DNA of 63,991 bases, the filler included, from Dugesia japonica (lineage: Eukaryota): the NCBI GenBank assembly GCA_001938525.1. It is 6 parts of 6 records of this genome, joined end to end, with 100 filler letters (N's around TTAATTAATTAA, not from the genome) between each part and the next. Parts side by side here need not be neighbours in the genome. Positions count along the whole stretch, not along the records: positions 41,011 to 52,789 come from MQRL01588148.1; positions 52,890 to 63,991 come from MQRL01585115.1; 4 more parts are not named here. The stretch is one strand, 5' to 3'. Shown one piece after another: positions 51,680 through 63,991 of this stretch. A program made the translations under genes and the position numbers. The notes under the pieces were generated by a model that saw only the letters and a program-made list of their open reading frames with translations, was not told the DNA's origin and did no database searches. Each line of letters opens with the position of its first letter. The stretch's first letter is position 1.

Positions 51680-52789
51680 CTTCATAAGAAAAATTCTAAG
51701 TTTTTCTACATTTCTCTCAAATCTCTCAATATTTTATAATTGTACTTCATACTGCATTTTGTGAATTTTTTCAATTGGTCGATAAGGAACTTTAAATCTC
51801 TATCAGCTTTTATTTCTTTTTTCTCCTTTGATGAGGACATAATCTCCTAATTTGAATTCTATATTCGTAGTCACTTTTGAAATGTTTTCTTTAGTTCTTT
51901 CTGAAACCTTTGACTACTACCACTTTTCTCTACTTTTTTTCTTTCCAAATACTATCTCAGTCGGGCTCTTTCTAGTCGTCTTCTGCTTTGTTACGTTCAA
52001 TGTAAATTCAATTACCAATAAAATCTCTGCCCAATCTGTCGTCTTTCTCTCCTAAAGTGTTGCATTAATTAAATCTAGAATTGCCCTGAATTGTCTTTCA
52101 ATTTANNNNNNNNNNNNNNNNNNNNNNNNNNNNNNNNNNNNNNNNNNNNNNNNNNNNNNNNNNNNNNNCTCTCTCATAACCTTAGATTCAAAGGCTTTTC
52201 CACAATTTAGTCTTATTTCTCTTAGACATTCATAGTTCAAAATTCACTGCTCAACCATAGCTTTTCGTATTGTTTTTACGTCTTTTCTAAGCAGTGATTT
52301 AAGAACCAAGTATTTACTAAACTGGTCTATAATTCCAAGTATGTAATTTTTCCGTCCATTTGTTTCCCACACTTGCCCACATATATCTGTGAATATGACT
52401 TCAAACAAAGTTATAGCTTCTAATTTCTTTGTCTTATCTTTAGTTGCTGTTGTCATTACTATGATCTTCTGACAAATTTCACAATTTTGATTTATCTTCT
52501 GTATTTGGCTCCACAAATTCTTTGCAATGTATTTTCGTTTCATATATTTTTATACCTCTCCAACTCCTGTATGACATCTTAATATGTGTATTTCTTTTAT
52601 TGTTTCATGTATTTCGTTATCCAGAATTTTAATTTTTTTGATTATGTTTAATTGATCCTCTTTTTCATTTTTTATTGTATTCAGTACTCTTGTTTTAATC
52701 TTACCTTTCTTAGCCTCATCATTTGACATTTAATATTGTACAATTACTTCACATCTTGGTCTCGATAACATATCTACATTACCATGTTG
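51680..52789 (-). mobile_element. Gypsy integrase (family A-related), degenerate
   Basis: CEICQK, DICG, GIIDQFSKY, KIERQFR, PYRPIEKIH tail. Confidence 0.85.
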
Positions 52790-52889
52790 NNNNNNNNNNN
52801 NNNNNNNNNNNNNNNNNNNNNNNNNNNNNNNNNTTAATTAATTAANNNNNNNNNNNNNNNNNNNNNNNNNNNNNNNNNNNNNNNNNNNN
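52790..52889. other. Synthetic scaffold linker
   Basis: N44-TTAATTAATTAA-N44. Confidence 0.97.
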
Positions 52890-53344
52890 TAATTTCATGT
52901 CACGAGTTTTAATTTTTACATGTAGAGTATTAATTTTTGTGTTTGATTTCAATTTTGTTGTGTAAGTTTAAAATTTTTAGTATATTAGTTTCGAATTTTT
53001 ATATATTGGTTTGGATGTTTATATAAGGTCTTACAAATTTAATACTGGTTTAAAATTTTAAAATGTTGACTTATAATTTAATNNNNNNNNNNNNNNNNNN
53101 NNNNNNNNNNNNNNNNNNNNNNNNNNNNNNNNNNNNNNNNNNNNNNNNNNNNNNNNNNNNNNNNNNNNNNNNNNNNNNNNNNNNNNNNNNNNNNNNNNNN
53201 NNNNNNNNNNNNNNNNNNNNNNNNNNNNNNNNNNNNNNNNNNNNNNNNNNNNNNNNNNNNNNNNNNNNNNNNNNNNNNNNNNNNNNNNNNNNNNNNNNNN
53301 NNNNNNNNNNNNNNNNNNNNNNNNNNNNNNNNNNNNNNNNNNNT

Positions 53345-53770
53345 ATTCAGTTGAATGAATGATTGATGGATGGATTTAGTAACTGATGAACTGAATTAAG
53401 TCAGTAATTGTGAGAATAGTGATTGATTTAGTGGGTGATGAAGTGTATTCAGTGAGTGAATGAGTATTAAGCAAATAAATTATACATATTGAATGTAATT
53501 GGATGTAAGTAACATGTAATGTATTAGAATTTATTAAATGTAATAGAGATTCATTGCATGTTGTATTTGGTTTATTATATGCATAAGATAGTATAAATAG
53601 ATTGACTTGATTGAACGACTAACCAATCAAATTGAATGATTTAAGTGAATTAGTAATTTATTGTATTAAATAGATGAGTTAGGTGAATAAAATTCATTAC
53701 GCGATTAAGTGAGTTAATCACATGAGTAATTTTATATGTATTCAGTGTTTGCATGATTTAAGATTGAATA
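53345..53770. repeat. Degenerate TGAA/TGAT-type low-complexity tract
   Basis: Read directly. Confidence 0.45.
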
Positions 53771-53779
53771 ATAATAATT

Positions 53780-55209
53780 TTCCTTTTAATACTTAACCAT
53801 AGTCTGACACAATTTTCGGTGGTTTAATAAATTTATAAATCCAGTAGCTTAGAAGAGAGCTTTATACAGCGGTTTCATTTTGATTGTTTGTTGCAATAAG
53901 ACTAATCCTATTTTCTAAATTGATAAATAATAACAGTCATATATCTTTTATTTAAATTACCAATACATAAATATATATATCATTATATCCATAACGATTT
54001 TTCTATAGGATTACTAACTTTACGTGAAATAAATTTCTCTTGAACCTTTACACTACTTATTTTCCTGCGCATACAAAATTGACATTATCGTAACATATTT
54101 TGAATATTTCTCATCATATTTGGCCAGGAAACATAATCTGATACATATTTTATAGTTTTTTATTCCAATATGAGATAAATCTTTGTGCACTTTATTAACA
54201 AAGTCGTTTATTTCATTTGGTGGTAATGCAATCTTTCGAAACTCATCATCTTCAAGGCTTGTCAACTCTTCTTCTACAAACAAATGATTCAATTATTTTC
54301 AGCAAATTGATTNGTTTAGATCTTTAAAACTTTCTTTCTTCAGAGAGGTATTTTTTATCTTTAATAAACAATTCATTGCTCTTAGATCTGAAATTATAAC
54401 TATCTATATTGCCTACAGAATTATCTAAAACATTCAAATGTTTTTCTTTAGACATCTTGACTTTAGCATTCAAATGTTTGGTTGGAAATCGAGAACAATA
54501 ACTGGCAAGAATATGAGACATACCATTTGCGTTTGCACGCTTCTCACTTGTCTAATATTTAAGCTCAAAATCATATTCTGTCAATTTGGTTATCCAGGTT
54601 TGAAATTATGGCGTAAATAGTATATGTGAAAGTCTAATAAATTCTAATGTCTTGTGATCCGTTCGTGCTTCAAAATTCTTTCCATATAAATAATTCCAAA
54701 AATACCTGATGAATTTATACAACGCGAGCAATTCTTTACGCAATAACGTTTTTTATGAGCATTTAATGGTTTTGAGCCGTATGAAATTACCACTTCACCA
54801 CCGTTTTGAATTGGGGTCAATAATACATCGATCTCACTAAAACTAGCATCAGTATCCAATATGAATAGGATTCTTGAATCTAGAATACCTAATATTTCAG
54901 CAGTACATAAAGCCTGCTTGATTTCATTAAAGCTTGTTTTGCACTCTTCAATTCATTTAATTTCTCGTTTATGGCCTTCCGTTGAAGCATATAATTGTTT
55001 TGCAAGTAATGAAATTTCTAAGACTTTCTCTGAATTAGGATTTAATCCGTCTTTGATTACCGTATGACCAAAAAATAACAATTCACTTTGATATAGTTAA
55101 CATTTATTCGGATTGATTTTGATACCAGAATTCTGAATTCTTTGAAAAAAATTTTCAAGTATTTATCATGTTCTGTTAATATGTTTGCAAATATTAAAAT
55201 GTCATCAAG
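53780..55209 (-). mobile_element. Gypsy RT-RNaseH-integrase fragment (family B)
   Basis: LDDILIF, LFFGHTV, ILDTDASFS, VISYGSK, VHKDLSHIG. Confidence 0.85.
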
Positions 55210-55612
55210 TACAGATTGACCAATGTAGCTTGGACGATCTAAACCTACTGATTTATTATTTATTGAAGCTGCTATAAAGTTTTCAGCAATCTTGATAGAT
55301 TTTCGGAAGATGGGTTTAGAANCATATTACCAGTTTTTTACTAGCATTGCATAATTCTTTTCCTAAATGTTTCAATCAATTTCCCATACAAACTGTTGTT
55401 CAGCAGTTTGTAATAATTTTTCTCAAACTCAGTATTACATTCTGCTTTTAATGCAATGTTTGGTGTAATATAATCTTCAAAAATATGAGCTTTAGTAAAT
55501 TTTACCGCTCTATGAACCACTTTAACTTCAACTTTTAATCTTATGTACATTTTTATCAGTTTTCAGTGCAATACATAATTTTTCTTAGCGCATTGAGTTA
55601 ACATTAACTTAT
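55204..55612 (-). pseudogene. Protein-primed DNA polymerase B, 3' part
   Basis: KLMLT...KNYVLH, EFEKNYYKLLNNSLYGK (motif B), LDRPSYIGQSVLD. Confidence 0.88.
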
Positions 55613-55614
55613 TT

Positions 55615-58600
55615 AAAAAAGAACAACATTTTCTTATATGAAAAGGTTTTTCCATTTTTGGAAATATGTCATACCAATTTTAGTATGAAGGACATTACAC
55701 AATTTAGACTTCTAATTGTTATTGATCAGTATATTAAGAGAGGAATTGTAATTATTTAGCCAAGTGATTTTCTGCGCTATTTCATATNNNNNNNNNNNNN
55801 NNNNNNNNNNNNNNNNNNNNNNNNNNNNNNNNNNNNNNNNNNNNNNNNNNNNNNNNNNNNTTAATTAGCTTTATCTTGTACTGAAATAGTGTTGTTAAGC
55901 TAGTCTAGAACTTTCTAAAACGAATATGTGTTATCGTTTCCGAATTAAATTTTCAGTATGTTTGGATTCTCTAGTTGTAAATAATTTGAAACAATTATTT
56001 TGAGAATTGAGGATCTGGAAGGCATTTACTATACTTTGAATATAGTACTCATCAATTGAAGGCAGCGAACCTAATTCACCGAGTTTAGATGGAACGTAGA
56101 GAAAGGCACTATTGAAACTGCTATTAGGAGCTTGAATGGTGTTCTTAATTAAACGTTTGATCCTGGTTGGCGTGTACTTCCACCAACTTCTTTATGATAA
56201 GGGTTGTTTAGTTTCATATGGAGAATGTCTTTGTTCAGTATAGCATACATTAATCTTGAAAAAATAAGCATTTTCGACGCTTGGATTTTTTCTGATGGAT
56301 GAAGATTGCTTTCTGTGATTTTTTTAAAGTCTTCTATTAGACTGTTGTTGATGTCTTGAAAGTTGCTTTTTTATATTCTCCAAATGGTACTCCCAAATAA
56401 TTGTTAAAGTTTTCTTCATTAATCTTTGGAATCGTTACATTGTAAATTTTGGTATTGCAAGTTTCATTAGGGTTTTCTGTAAGTTGGAAGAATTCACATT
56501 TGCTTGATCTGAACTTGATATTGCTTGAATCCGTGAGACTTATAGATTTGTTTATCATATGATTTATCAGGATTGTAATTCTTGGATATAAGTACAAGAT
56601 CGTCTGTATTAGCTAAAATACCAGAATTGTATCCATTAAGAGTTAGGGGAAATGCTTTTGAGGTTTCTCGAAAAATAAAATCAATAGCCAGGCTAAAATG
56701 CGTCATAGACATATGACATCCTTGTTTGACTACTTTGATAATTTTGATATTACTTGTTATTATGTTTAGACATTTGTAAGAAGAGTAAACATCTCTGTAT
56801 AACTCCTTAAGAAGAGTAACGGTCTCAGGATGTACCAGAGCAACTCATGAGGAAATAATTCTAAAGGCGTCTGCTAGTTCAAGCCAAGTAAGGTTAATAT
56901 TCCATTTCTCGCGTTCAGCTTTTTCTCTAATTAATTGTATTGTAGCATTGTGCTGTGAGCATGCGTCTGATATATTAACCGCAATTTGAGTTGGTGAGAG
57001 TAAGTTTCCCACGAATATCCAACTGAGAATTATGTTGTTCATGACAATTGCAAATAACTGGTATGAGGCATTTAAAATTGCTATAGGTCTCCAAGATGAG
57101 ACTAGATGAGATTCCTCTTCTTTACCCTGTTTCAAGATGAGATAAGTATGGAACTTTTCCCATTGATTAGGTATATCTTTAATCATTAGAATTCTGTTAA
57201 AAGACTCAGTAGAAAAATATGATTATGGTCAATTTTAAACCAGTTAAAGAAAGTGATTTTATTCTTCTTGGGTGAGAATTTTGAATTGCTGTTAAAAACA
57301 GTGTTGGTTTCATTTAATGTTTATTAGCAAAAAAACGCTATTTTCATCCAATATTTATTAATAACAAGTTTCTATAAATTGAAAAGTGTTTTAGAATAGT
57401 TTTAATATTTAAACAAATATACGCAATAATTATTTTCTTGAAATACTTTAAATTTCAAAGATTTAATAAATATTTTAATTGCGAATATAAATTTGAAATC
57501 AACCAATTCAAATATCATTTTCACAATGCTCTTTCGTTGATATTGTGAAAATCTTCAAACGCTTACATTTTTATAAGCTTATTTACAATGTTATTTAGAA
57601 ACTTATGTATTTTTACGTTTTCTGGCAGAATCTGAGTGAAATGATTGATAATATTCTTTTTAGTTGGTCTGGAATTGTAAATCCAAGAATTTCATGAAAT
57701 CTTCTCAAAGGACTTTACATATATCTGCGCTGAGTATTTGGATTAAGTTAGATCGTCTCTGATCTTGTGGAAAATGTGTTTGCTCTTTTATTGATATGCT
57801 TGTTAGGAACTATTTTGAGTAGTTCTCTAGATGCTTTATTGAGCGCTTTGATTGTGTGTATTGTGCCTTCTCTAATTCTTATAATAAAAGAAGTCATATT
57901 TGGTTTCAAATTGGTATGATTGGATGCACAAATTTCTTTGATTTTGTTGTTGGCCATGGATTTGATTTCCTGTTTATATTGCTTAGTATCTGATAAAAGG
58001 AAGCTTTTTTTATTGAGGAAACATTCTGTAAAATGTATCGCAAAATCTGCACAATCATGGACACTTCTTTGAGTAGGATGATTCTATGATGTTGTGATTG
58101 TTAAGTTGATGTTGTCTTTAGGATAGCAGAAATTGTAAATTATTTTGTTAAGCTTACTATGAAGATATATCTGTTCAACCGAGAGATATGTTGAAGCTGA
58201 ATCAATTAGGATAGATTCACTTTTATATTTGTCTGCATAGAAAAGGTTTCAGTGAGTTTTATTTCAATTGTAAAGGAGAACCACATTCCTGGTGTTGTTA
58301 AGAGGATTTAATGGAAACGATCCATATAATTGATCTCATTGATTGTTCATAAGAGCATGTCCGATATTTGTTTATATCTAAGAAAACCTTCTTGAGATAG
58401 TCGTTAATGATATGGTTGCTAAGTCATTATTGCGAGGCATTCAATTCTGAGTTGAAAATTTTCAACCGTGTTAGATTCATTTGGTTGACACTTGCAAGCT
58501 TCTAGGTGGTCGATTAAGCTTTTGAGGTTAGAACTGTAACCACATTTACATAGAATAATATTGTTAGTGTCCTTTAGATCATTTTTAGATGTATATTGAG

Positions 58601-60100
58601 ATATTCCTTGATATTGGTAGTGTTGTCAATATTATTGAAGGATGTTCCACAACTTTTTATTTTTGTTGAGTATTTGCAAATTGCTGTATTAGATGAACAG
58701 TCTATTTCTAGAAGATGGTGTTTATTGTTTCCAGAGTCTAGGAGTGCCTTTTTTGCAATGCTTTCGTTCCTAATTTGCACTCTGGATCGAGTAGAAATGT
58801 GGAACACTTTTCTTTTTGATTTATATATAGAGCGTGATTGACATTGTTCTCTGATATATTAGATATCTTCTTTGGGTAACATTTTGAGCCGGGAAACCTC
58901 TCTAAATGATTTAGAAAGGTGAAAAAGAGTCTCACTGTTTTCGTTTTGTCAGTTAAGCTAACACCTGAGTTAAAGCCAGTAATGACCAAGTCCAGTTCCA
59001 ATTTGGCCAAAATAGCTAGATCATTTGAGCAATTTTGTATTCTGTTGAAGTTTTCATTGGAAGTTTTGACGTATCTTTAAGTAATGAAATTTTCGTTATT
59101 GATAAATTCCGCAAATGAGATTATCTTGCATTTAATGTGAACATCGGAGCCTTTAGCTTTTATGTCGCTATATTTGATTATAGAAGCAACTCTTTTGATA
59201 AAAGAATATCAAGCCTGCTCAAAATTATTTTATGTCCAAAAGGTTTTCCAAATCTAGAAGATGATTAAGAATATGAATTTCACAAGGTTTGGATTTGTTT
59301 CCATCTTGGCTTGTTAGAAATTTAATGAAGTCTTTGTTGACTGAGCATGCTATGTTACTTATAAAGGTAGAGAATTTGGATACTTCTTGTTGAAAGATGT
59401 GTAAAATTTTGTAGAGTATTGAATTTGATATAGAATATTTTTGTAAGGCTTGCTTTTAAGAGATTGAAAAATTGAGTTTTTTTTTAAATTTATAATTTAG
59501 TTCGTGATCTTTCTGAACATTTTGGTATGACATTTTGTTGTTTTAGAAATATGTTTCTTTTGTTAAATTTTCAGAAACTTCGGTGGTTTATTTTTCAAAA
59601 TTGGTTGTTTATCGAAAAAACAAGCAAACCTAGTTTTTGTGTGTCTCCGTTTTATTTTTGACAACCAAATGTTGGCGAAAAAATTTGGCATTTTGAATAC
59701 TGAGTTTTTGCTGTATAAGAAACTAATTTTTAATTAGATTTAATTTCACCATTTTCAGAAATTTTAAAATCTTCATTTTTCTTAAAGTTTTTTTTGCAAA
59801 TTATTAAGATTTCTTGTATGAGATTTTTATCTGCATTTTGAAGTTTTACTTTTAATTTTTAAAAACTTTGTCAAAATTTCATTTTTCTTTCAATATTTCA
59901 GTAATTTTGTGAAATAATTTTCCTTTGATATCTTTCAATTAATTTGTTAATTTCTGTTCAAAATCTTAACTTTTGAATGATTGAAAATTTCCCAATTTTT
60001 TCAAAGCTTTACTGTTTCACAAAAATTGCTTTCTGTGCCTTGAATGATAATTTAGAGAAGTTTAACTAATCCCTGGTTTGAGTTTTGTCGAAGATATTTG
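55615..60100 (-). mobile_element. RLE-type non-LTR retrotransposon (NeSL/R2-like), degenerate, inserted in the polymerase gene
   Basis: RT motifs SSWRPIAILN, LELADAF, VKQGC, ANTDDLVLI, YLGVPF, LYVPSKLG. Upstream C-x-C...H zinc-finger-like segment and Ulp1-like QRSVHDCADF. Confidence 0.8.
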
Positions 60101-62935
60101 GCATTTTACTGCCTTGAGCGCATTGATGTTCTGCTGCTATGAGTAGATCATTTAGATAGTCATGTATTTCTTCAGGTATAGCCATGTCTGACTCCATAGT
60201 GTATTCATAGGTCAACGCATCCAAATCTAGTGTCATACATTCTTTTTATACTGATTCTTTACCAGTATTTACCCACTCAAAGTCTTTATATGGTAATTTT
60301 TTACTAAGAACTCATTCATACAGGTTGTTTATGTCAATTTATAAAAAATCTATGTTTCCACTGGTGGTGGCATGATGTTTATTGATAAATATTATTCCAA
60401 CTATTATCCCATCTTTGAAAAATGTGTGAATCTCGTTGTCCATTAACAGTTCTATCGGTTCAGTCAATGACATCAAGATTGATGCTTAGCTTATACCTAG
60501 TATTCCAAAGAAATTCAATGGCTCCAATTTGTTATGAGAAATTAATTTGATTTTGAACAGTTGGAAAGAACCCGTCAATAAATATACGTTCAGCTTCAAA
60601 TAGAACACCATATAAACCAAAAGTGTCTTGCAATCCGTTATTTTCTACATTTTTAAAGCTTTTTTATACTCATCTTCCGTGATTTCATCCCATTTTGGAG
60701 GCATTTCTCTTGTTTCAACCAGAACTAGCAAACTAGTTACATAATTATATGGAAATATTCCCTTTGACTTTGTAATTCTTCTATTCTTAAACTCGTTTAA
60801 CACCAAAGGTATCTCTTTTAAAGACATTACCGCAGAATTGAGAGATGAGTTAATTAACTGATATGATTCTATAAACTGAATTAATGCAAATTCAGTTTCC
60901 TGTACTATTAAGCACAGAAACTTTTCCGTTGTTGATGGAATACAATTGTGACTCCATTGTAGAAAATTGCTTATTCCATATTTTAAGATATGATGCAAAT
61001 CATACCCTCTTAAATTGTGAAATGTAACAGATAGTTGCATTTTAATTTTTCTGCTCAAATTACTTTTACAACATTCTGCACCAAAAATACTGACCAGTCA
61101 AGGGATCAAGATCACAAACTTGTGCATACAATGTCTTCTTGCGTAAATAACAATTTTAGGCTGAAAGAAAATGATAATTCCTGAACTCTGATATTATAAT
61201 TGTCTTATCCCGTTTTCTTTGTAGTATGGTGTCATTACATTTTAATTATTTTCTTGTATCTCCTTCATGCATCTCCAATGAAATGTTTGTAAGTTGTTTT
61301 GTTAGTAAAGTTATTTACTAACAACATTCCTGCTGAAACTGCCATATGTTTCTGAAAATGAACATCATCTGCTAGAAAAACTGATTACAAAATCAGCATA
61401 TACTACAAATGTTTGTGTCAAAGATTTGAAGAAATCCTTAAACTCTACGTTTTTTTCAATGGCATAGTATATAGAGTTGTACCGGTTTGAAATATTTCGA
61501 ACACTATCACATGTTTATCAAATATTAATTTATACCTAAATCCGTTTAAGTAATTTAAGCACCTATTTCAGCAGATTTGTACACCAGATCTTTTAACATC
61601 GCGAATCATTAGCCTGTTCAAATCCATTATGACTGTACGAGTATAGCTGTTACGTATAATTATACTTATTTCCCTTCTCTAACAACAAAAAATTAAGTTT
61701 CTCTCGATCGATCACTTTAGACTTGTGAATAATATCTAAATTAGAATGNNNNNNNNNNNNNNNNNNNNNNNNNNNNNNNNNNNNNNNNNNNNNNNNNNAG
61801 CACCTATTTCAGCAGATTTGTACACCAGATCTTTTAACATCACGAATCATTAGCCTGTTCAAATCCATTATGACTGTACGAGTATAGCTGTTACGTATAA
61901 TTATACTTATTTCCATTCTCTAACAACAAAAAATTAAGTTTCTCTCGATCGATCACTTTAGACTTGTGAATAATATCTAAATTAGAATGTTTGAAAACAT
62001 CCTGATCGCCATCTTTTGGTTCATTTGCATTCAAGAAAAANNNNNNNNNNNNNNNNNNNNNNNNNNNNNNNNNNNNNNNNNNNNNNNNNNNNNNNNNNNN
62101 NNNNNNNNNNNNNNNNNNNNNNNNNNNNNNNNNNNNNNNNNNNNNNNNNNNNNNNNNNNNNNNNNTATTATGTGTATGAACCACATTTTCTTTAATAATT
62201 GCTAAAATGCTGTAAATAAAATATTTATTATTGCCATTTTTGATACTAACAATGGCCATTTTCTTTTTCAAATTTGATAGAGTCGGTATGTAGCTATTTT
62301 CTGATGGTCTACGCATATTTCAATTTTTGTGATTTTGAAATTAACTTTCAAAATTCTGTTTAATATTTAGCTGGAGCTAAGCTCAATTCTTATAGCAATT
62401 CCTTCGTTTAATTGCTTTATTCCTTCTTGGAAAAAATGATCACTTAGTTGAATAGCCTTATTTGATATTCTGCACATCTTTATTTGTACATCCCAAATAA
62501 ATTCAACGTTGATGCCAAATTGAATTTTTTACATCTTTCAATTCTTCAATAATCTTAAAAAGTTGGACAATTAAATTTTCTTTGAGTCTTATTTGATTTG
62601 TGTTCCAACTTGAAATATCAATTTTTGTAATTTGATGGCAACAATATAAAACTATTTCGATAAAAACATTTTCATCTGCAACAAGATTTACTGCTCAACC
62701 AACTTAAATGTTTTCTTCTTTATCGATGAATTTTTTTATAATAATGAGTTCAAAATTATTCCAATCCTCTAATGTAATATCCTGTTCACTTTTGATTGCA
62801 TTTTCTTCTGGTTCCATTGTTATTTCTTCATTATCTTCGATGACAATAACGTCTATCTTAGTTTTCTTAGTTGCTACATTTATTTCTAAAATAAATTTTA
62901 ATATCTGTTTCTTATTTTTCGAGAAACTAGATAAG
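60100..62935 (-). pseudogene. Protein-primed DNA polymerase B, 5' part (Polinton/adintovirus type)
   Basis: SYIPT...AIVSIKN..NKYFIYSILA, VVYADF, FHNLRGYDLH, KGIFPY, IDINNLY...LPYKDFEW. Confidence 0.9.
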
Positions 62936-63527
62936 TAGTTCTATTGAGCCCAATACAAATTTATATATTCACTTAATCCTAAAACCTTAAAACCTGGAAA
63001 AACAAAATACTTTTCACCATAAAACCATTGGCAATAGTATCCTTTCATATTTATTTTAAAATCATAAAAGCATAGAAATTTTATTTGGCAATCATGAAAT
63101 CGCAGATGTTCTTCATTTATATGACATATTAGAATGCTATTTTTAGCTTAAAAAGGTTATTTTTAACTGAAAATTTAAATTTTAAAGACTTGTCATTAAA
63201 AACATAATAAAATGAAAAACAATTAACATGAATTCGCATTCGTATTTTTTCTTGAGGCTCCTTGATCTTTTACTTCGGCAACATATAAATAATTAACTAA
63301 TTAATAATAAATAATATCAAATTTACTGTTTTCATTTTTGAATTAAATTCTTTTCCGCTTTGTTTATATGAATTTTTCATATTAATCTAAAAAAAAGTTA
63401 ATAAAAGTTAATAATAATAAATAAATTATTTTATCTCTGTTAGTTCACTTAATTTCTGAACAAAAGTTTAAATTTTTATAAAATAATTACCTTTTCTTAA
63501 TGTTTTAACAATTATCCAATCATATGC

Positions 63528-63572
63528 TAGTATGTATGTATGTATGTATTTATTTATGTTTGTATGTATGAA
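63528..63572. repeat. (ATGT)n microsatellite
   Basis: Read directly. Confidence 0.75.
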
Positions 63573-63759
63573 TGATGCTCATGACATGCTCATCGCATGC
63601 TCACGGCATGCAATATTTTGAAATTCATTTTAAATATTATGATATTACTGTATTAATATTATTGTTTTTTTTATATCAATCATGAATTCAAGACAAGAAA
63701 TATCTACTCAAACAGTAAAGATTTCTTTTTAAAATTATATATTAATTTTATTATTTATA

Positions 63760-63991
63760 GGACCGCTTGAGTAAGTGTAGTTACAAAACGGAAATTATAA
63801 AACAAATATTCTNAAACTTGGAGAAAAACCATATCGTCAAACGATCAAAATCAAACTGATCTTCTTCACTAATGGTCAAACAAAATGCAAATAGCAAATG
63901 GAGAGCTGGTGGTGACCATCGAATGCTAAATAAAATTACAGTTCCAGATAATTACCCATTACCAATTATCAAAGACATAATAAACCGAGTA
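63760..63991 (+). mobile_element. Gypsy RT N-terminal fragment
   Basis: KWRAGGDHRMLNKITVPDNYPLPIIKDI. Confidence 0.8.

Noticed and set aside
53063-53362. ORFs consisting mostly of X (also 29421-29699 and 61987-62205)
   Set aside because: Artefacts of N gaps.
32193-62935. Combining ATPase/integrase, MCP and PolB into one complete Polinton
   Set aside because: They lie on three different scaffolds joined artificially and probably belong to different lineages.

Overview
This is very AT-rich eukaryotic (invertebrate-like) DNA; a planarian-type genome would fit but cannot be proven from this window. It is not one locus: five synthetic 100-bp linkers (44 N + TTAATTAATTAA + 44 N) join six unrelated draft scaffolds, so no synteny can be read across them. 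Almost everything is decayed mobile DNA. (1) 1-9910: a Polinton/Maverick (adintovirus-like) remnant with packaging ATPase, basic core-like proteins, integrase, minor capsid and adenain protease, plus a divergently oriented TBP-like gene; it is interrupted by a Ty3/gypsy element. (2) 10011-18303: a minus-strand gypsy element with LTR end, tRNA-Leu PBS, an unknown ORF1, then a chuvirus-like class III fusion glycoprotein lying upstream of, and in the same frame as, two tandem aspartic protease domains, followed by RT-RNaseH-integrase. (3) 18404-32092: degraded LTR-element ORFs, a gag end with a -1 frameshift signal, a spliced coiled-coil gene family, casein kinase 1 exons and a gypsy pol. (4) 32193-40910: a second Polinton-like lineage (major capsid, HTH gene, terminal repeats) and hAT, mariner, pogo and DD37D relics. 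(5) 41011-52789: a second copy of the coiled-coil module, a full-length mariner, a GPCR exon and gypsy fragments. (6) 52890-63991: a protein-primed DNA polymerase B split by a NeSL-like non-LTR element with a Ulp1-like protease motif, plus gypsy fragments. The strongest candidates for something new are the env-first, double-protease retroelement and the Polinton-linked TBP. All family calls come from motif recognition by eye; no searches were run.
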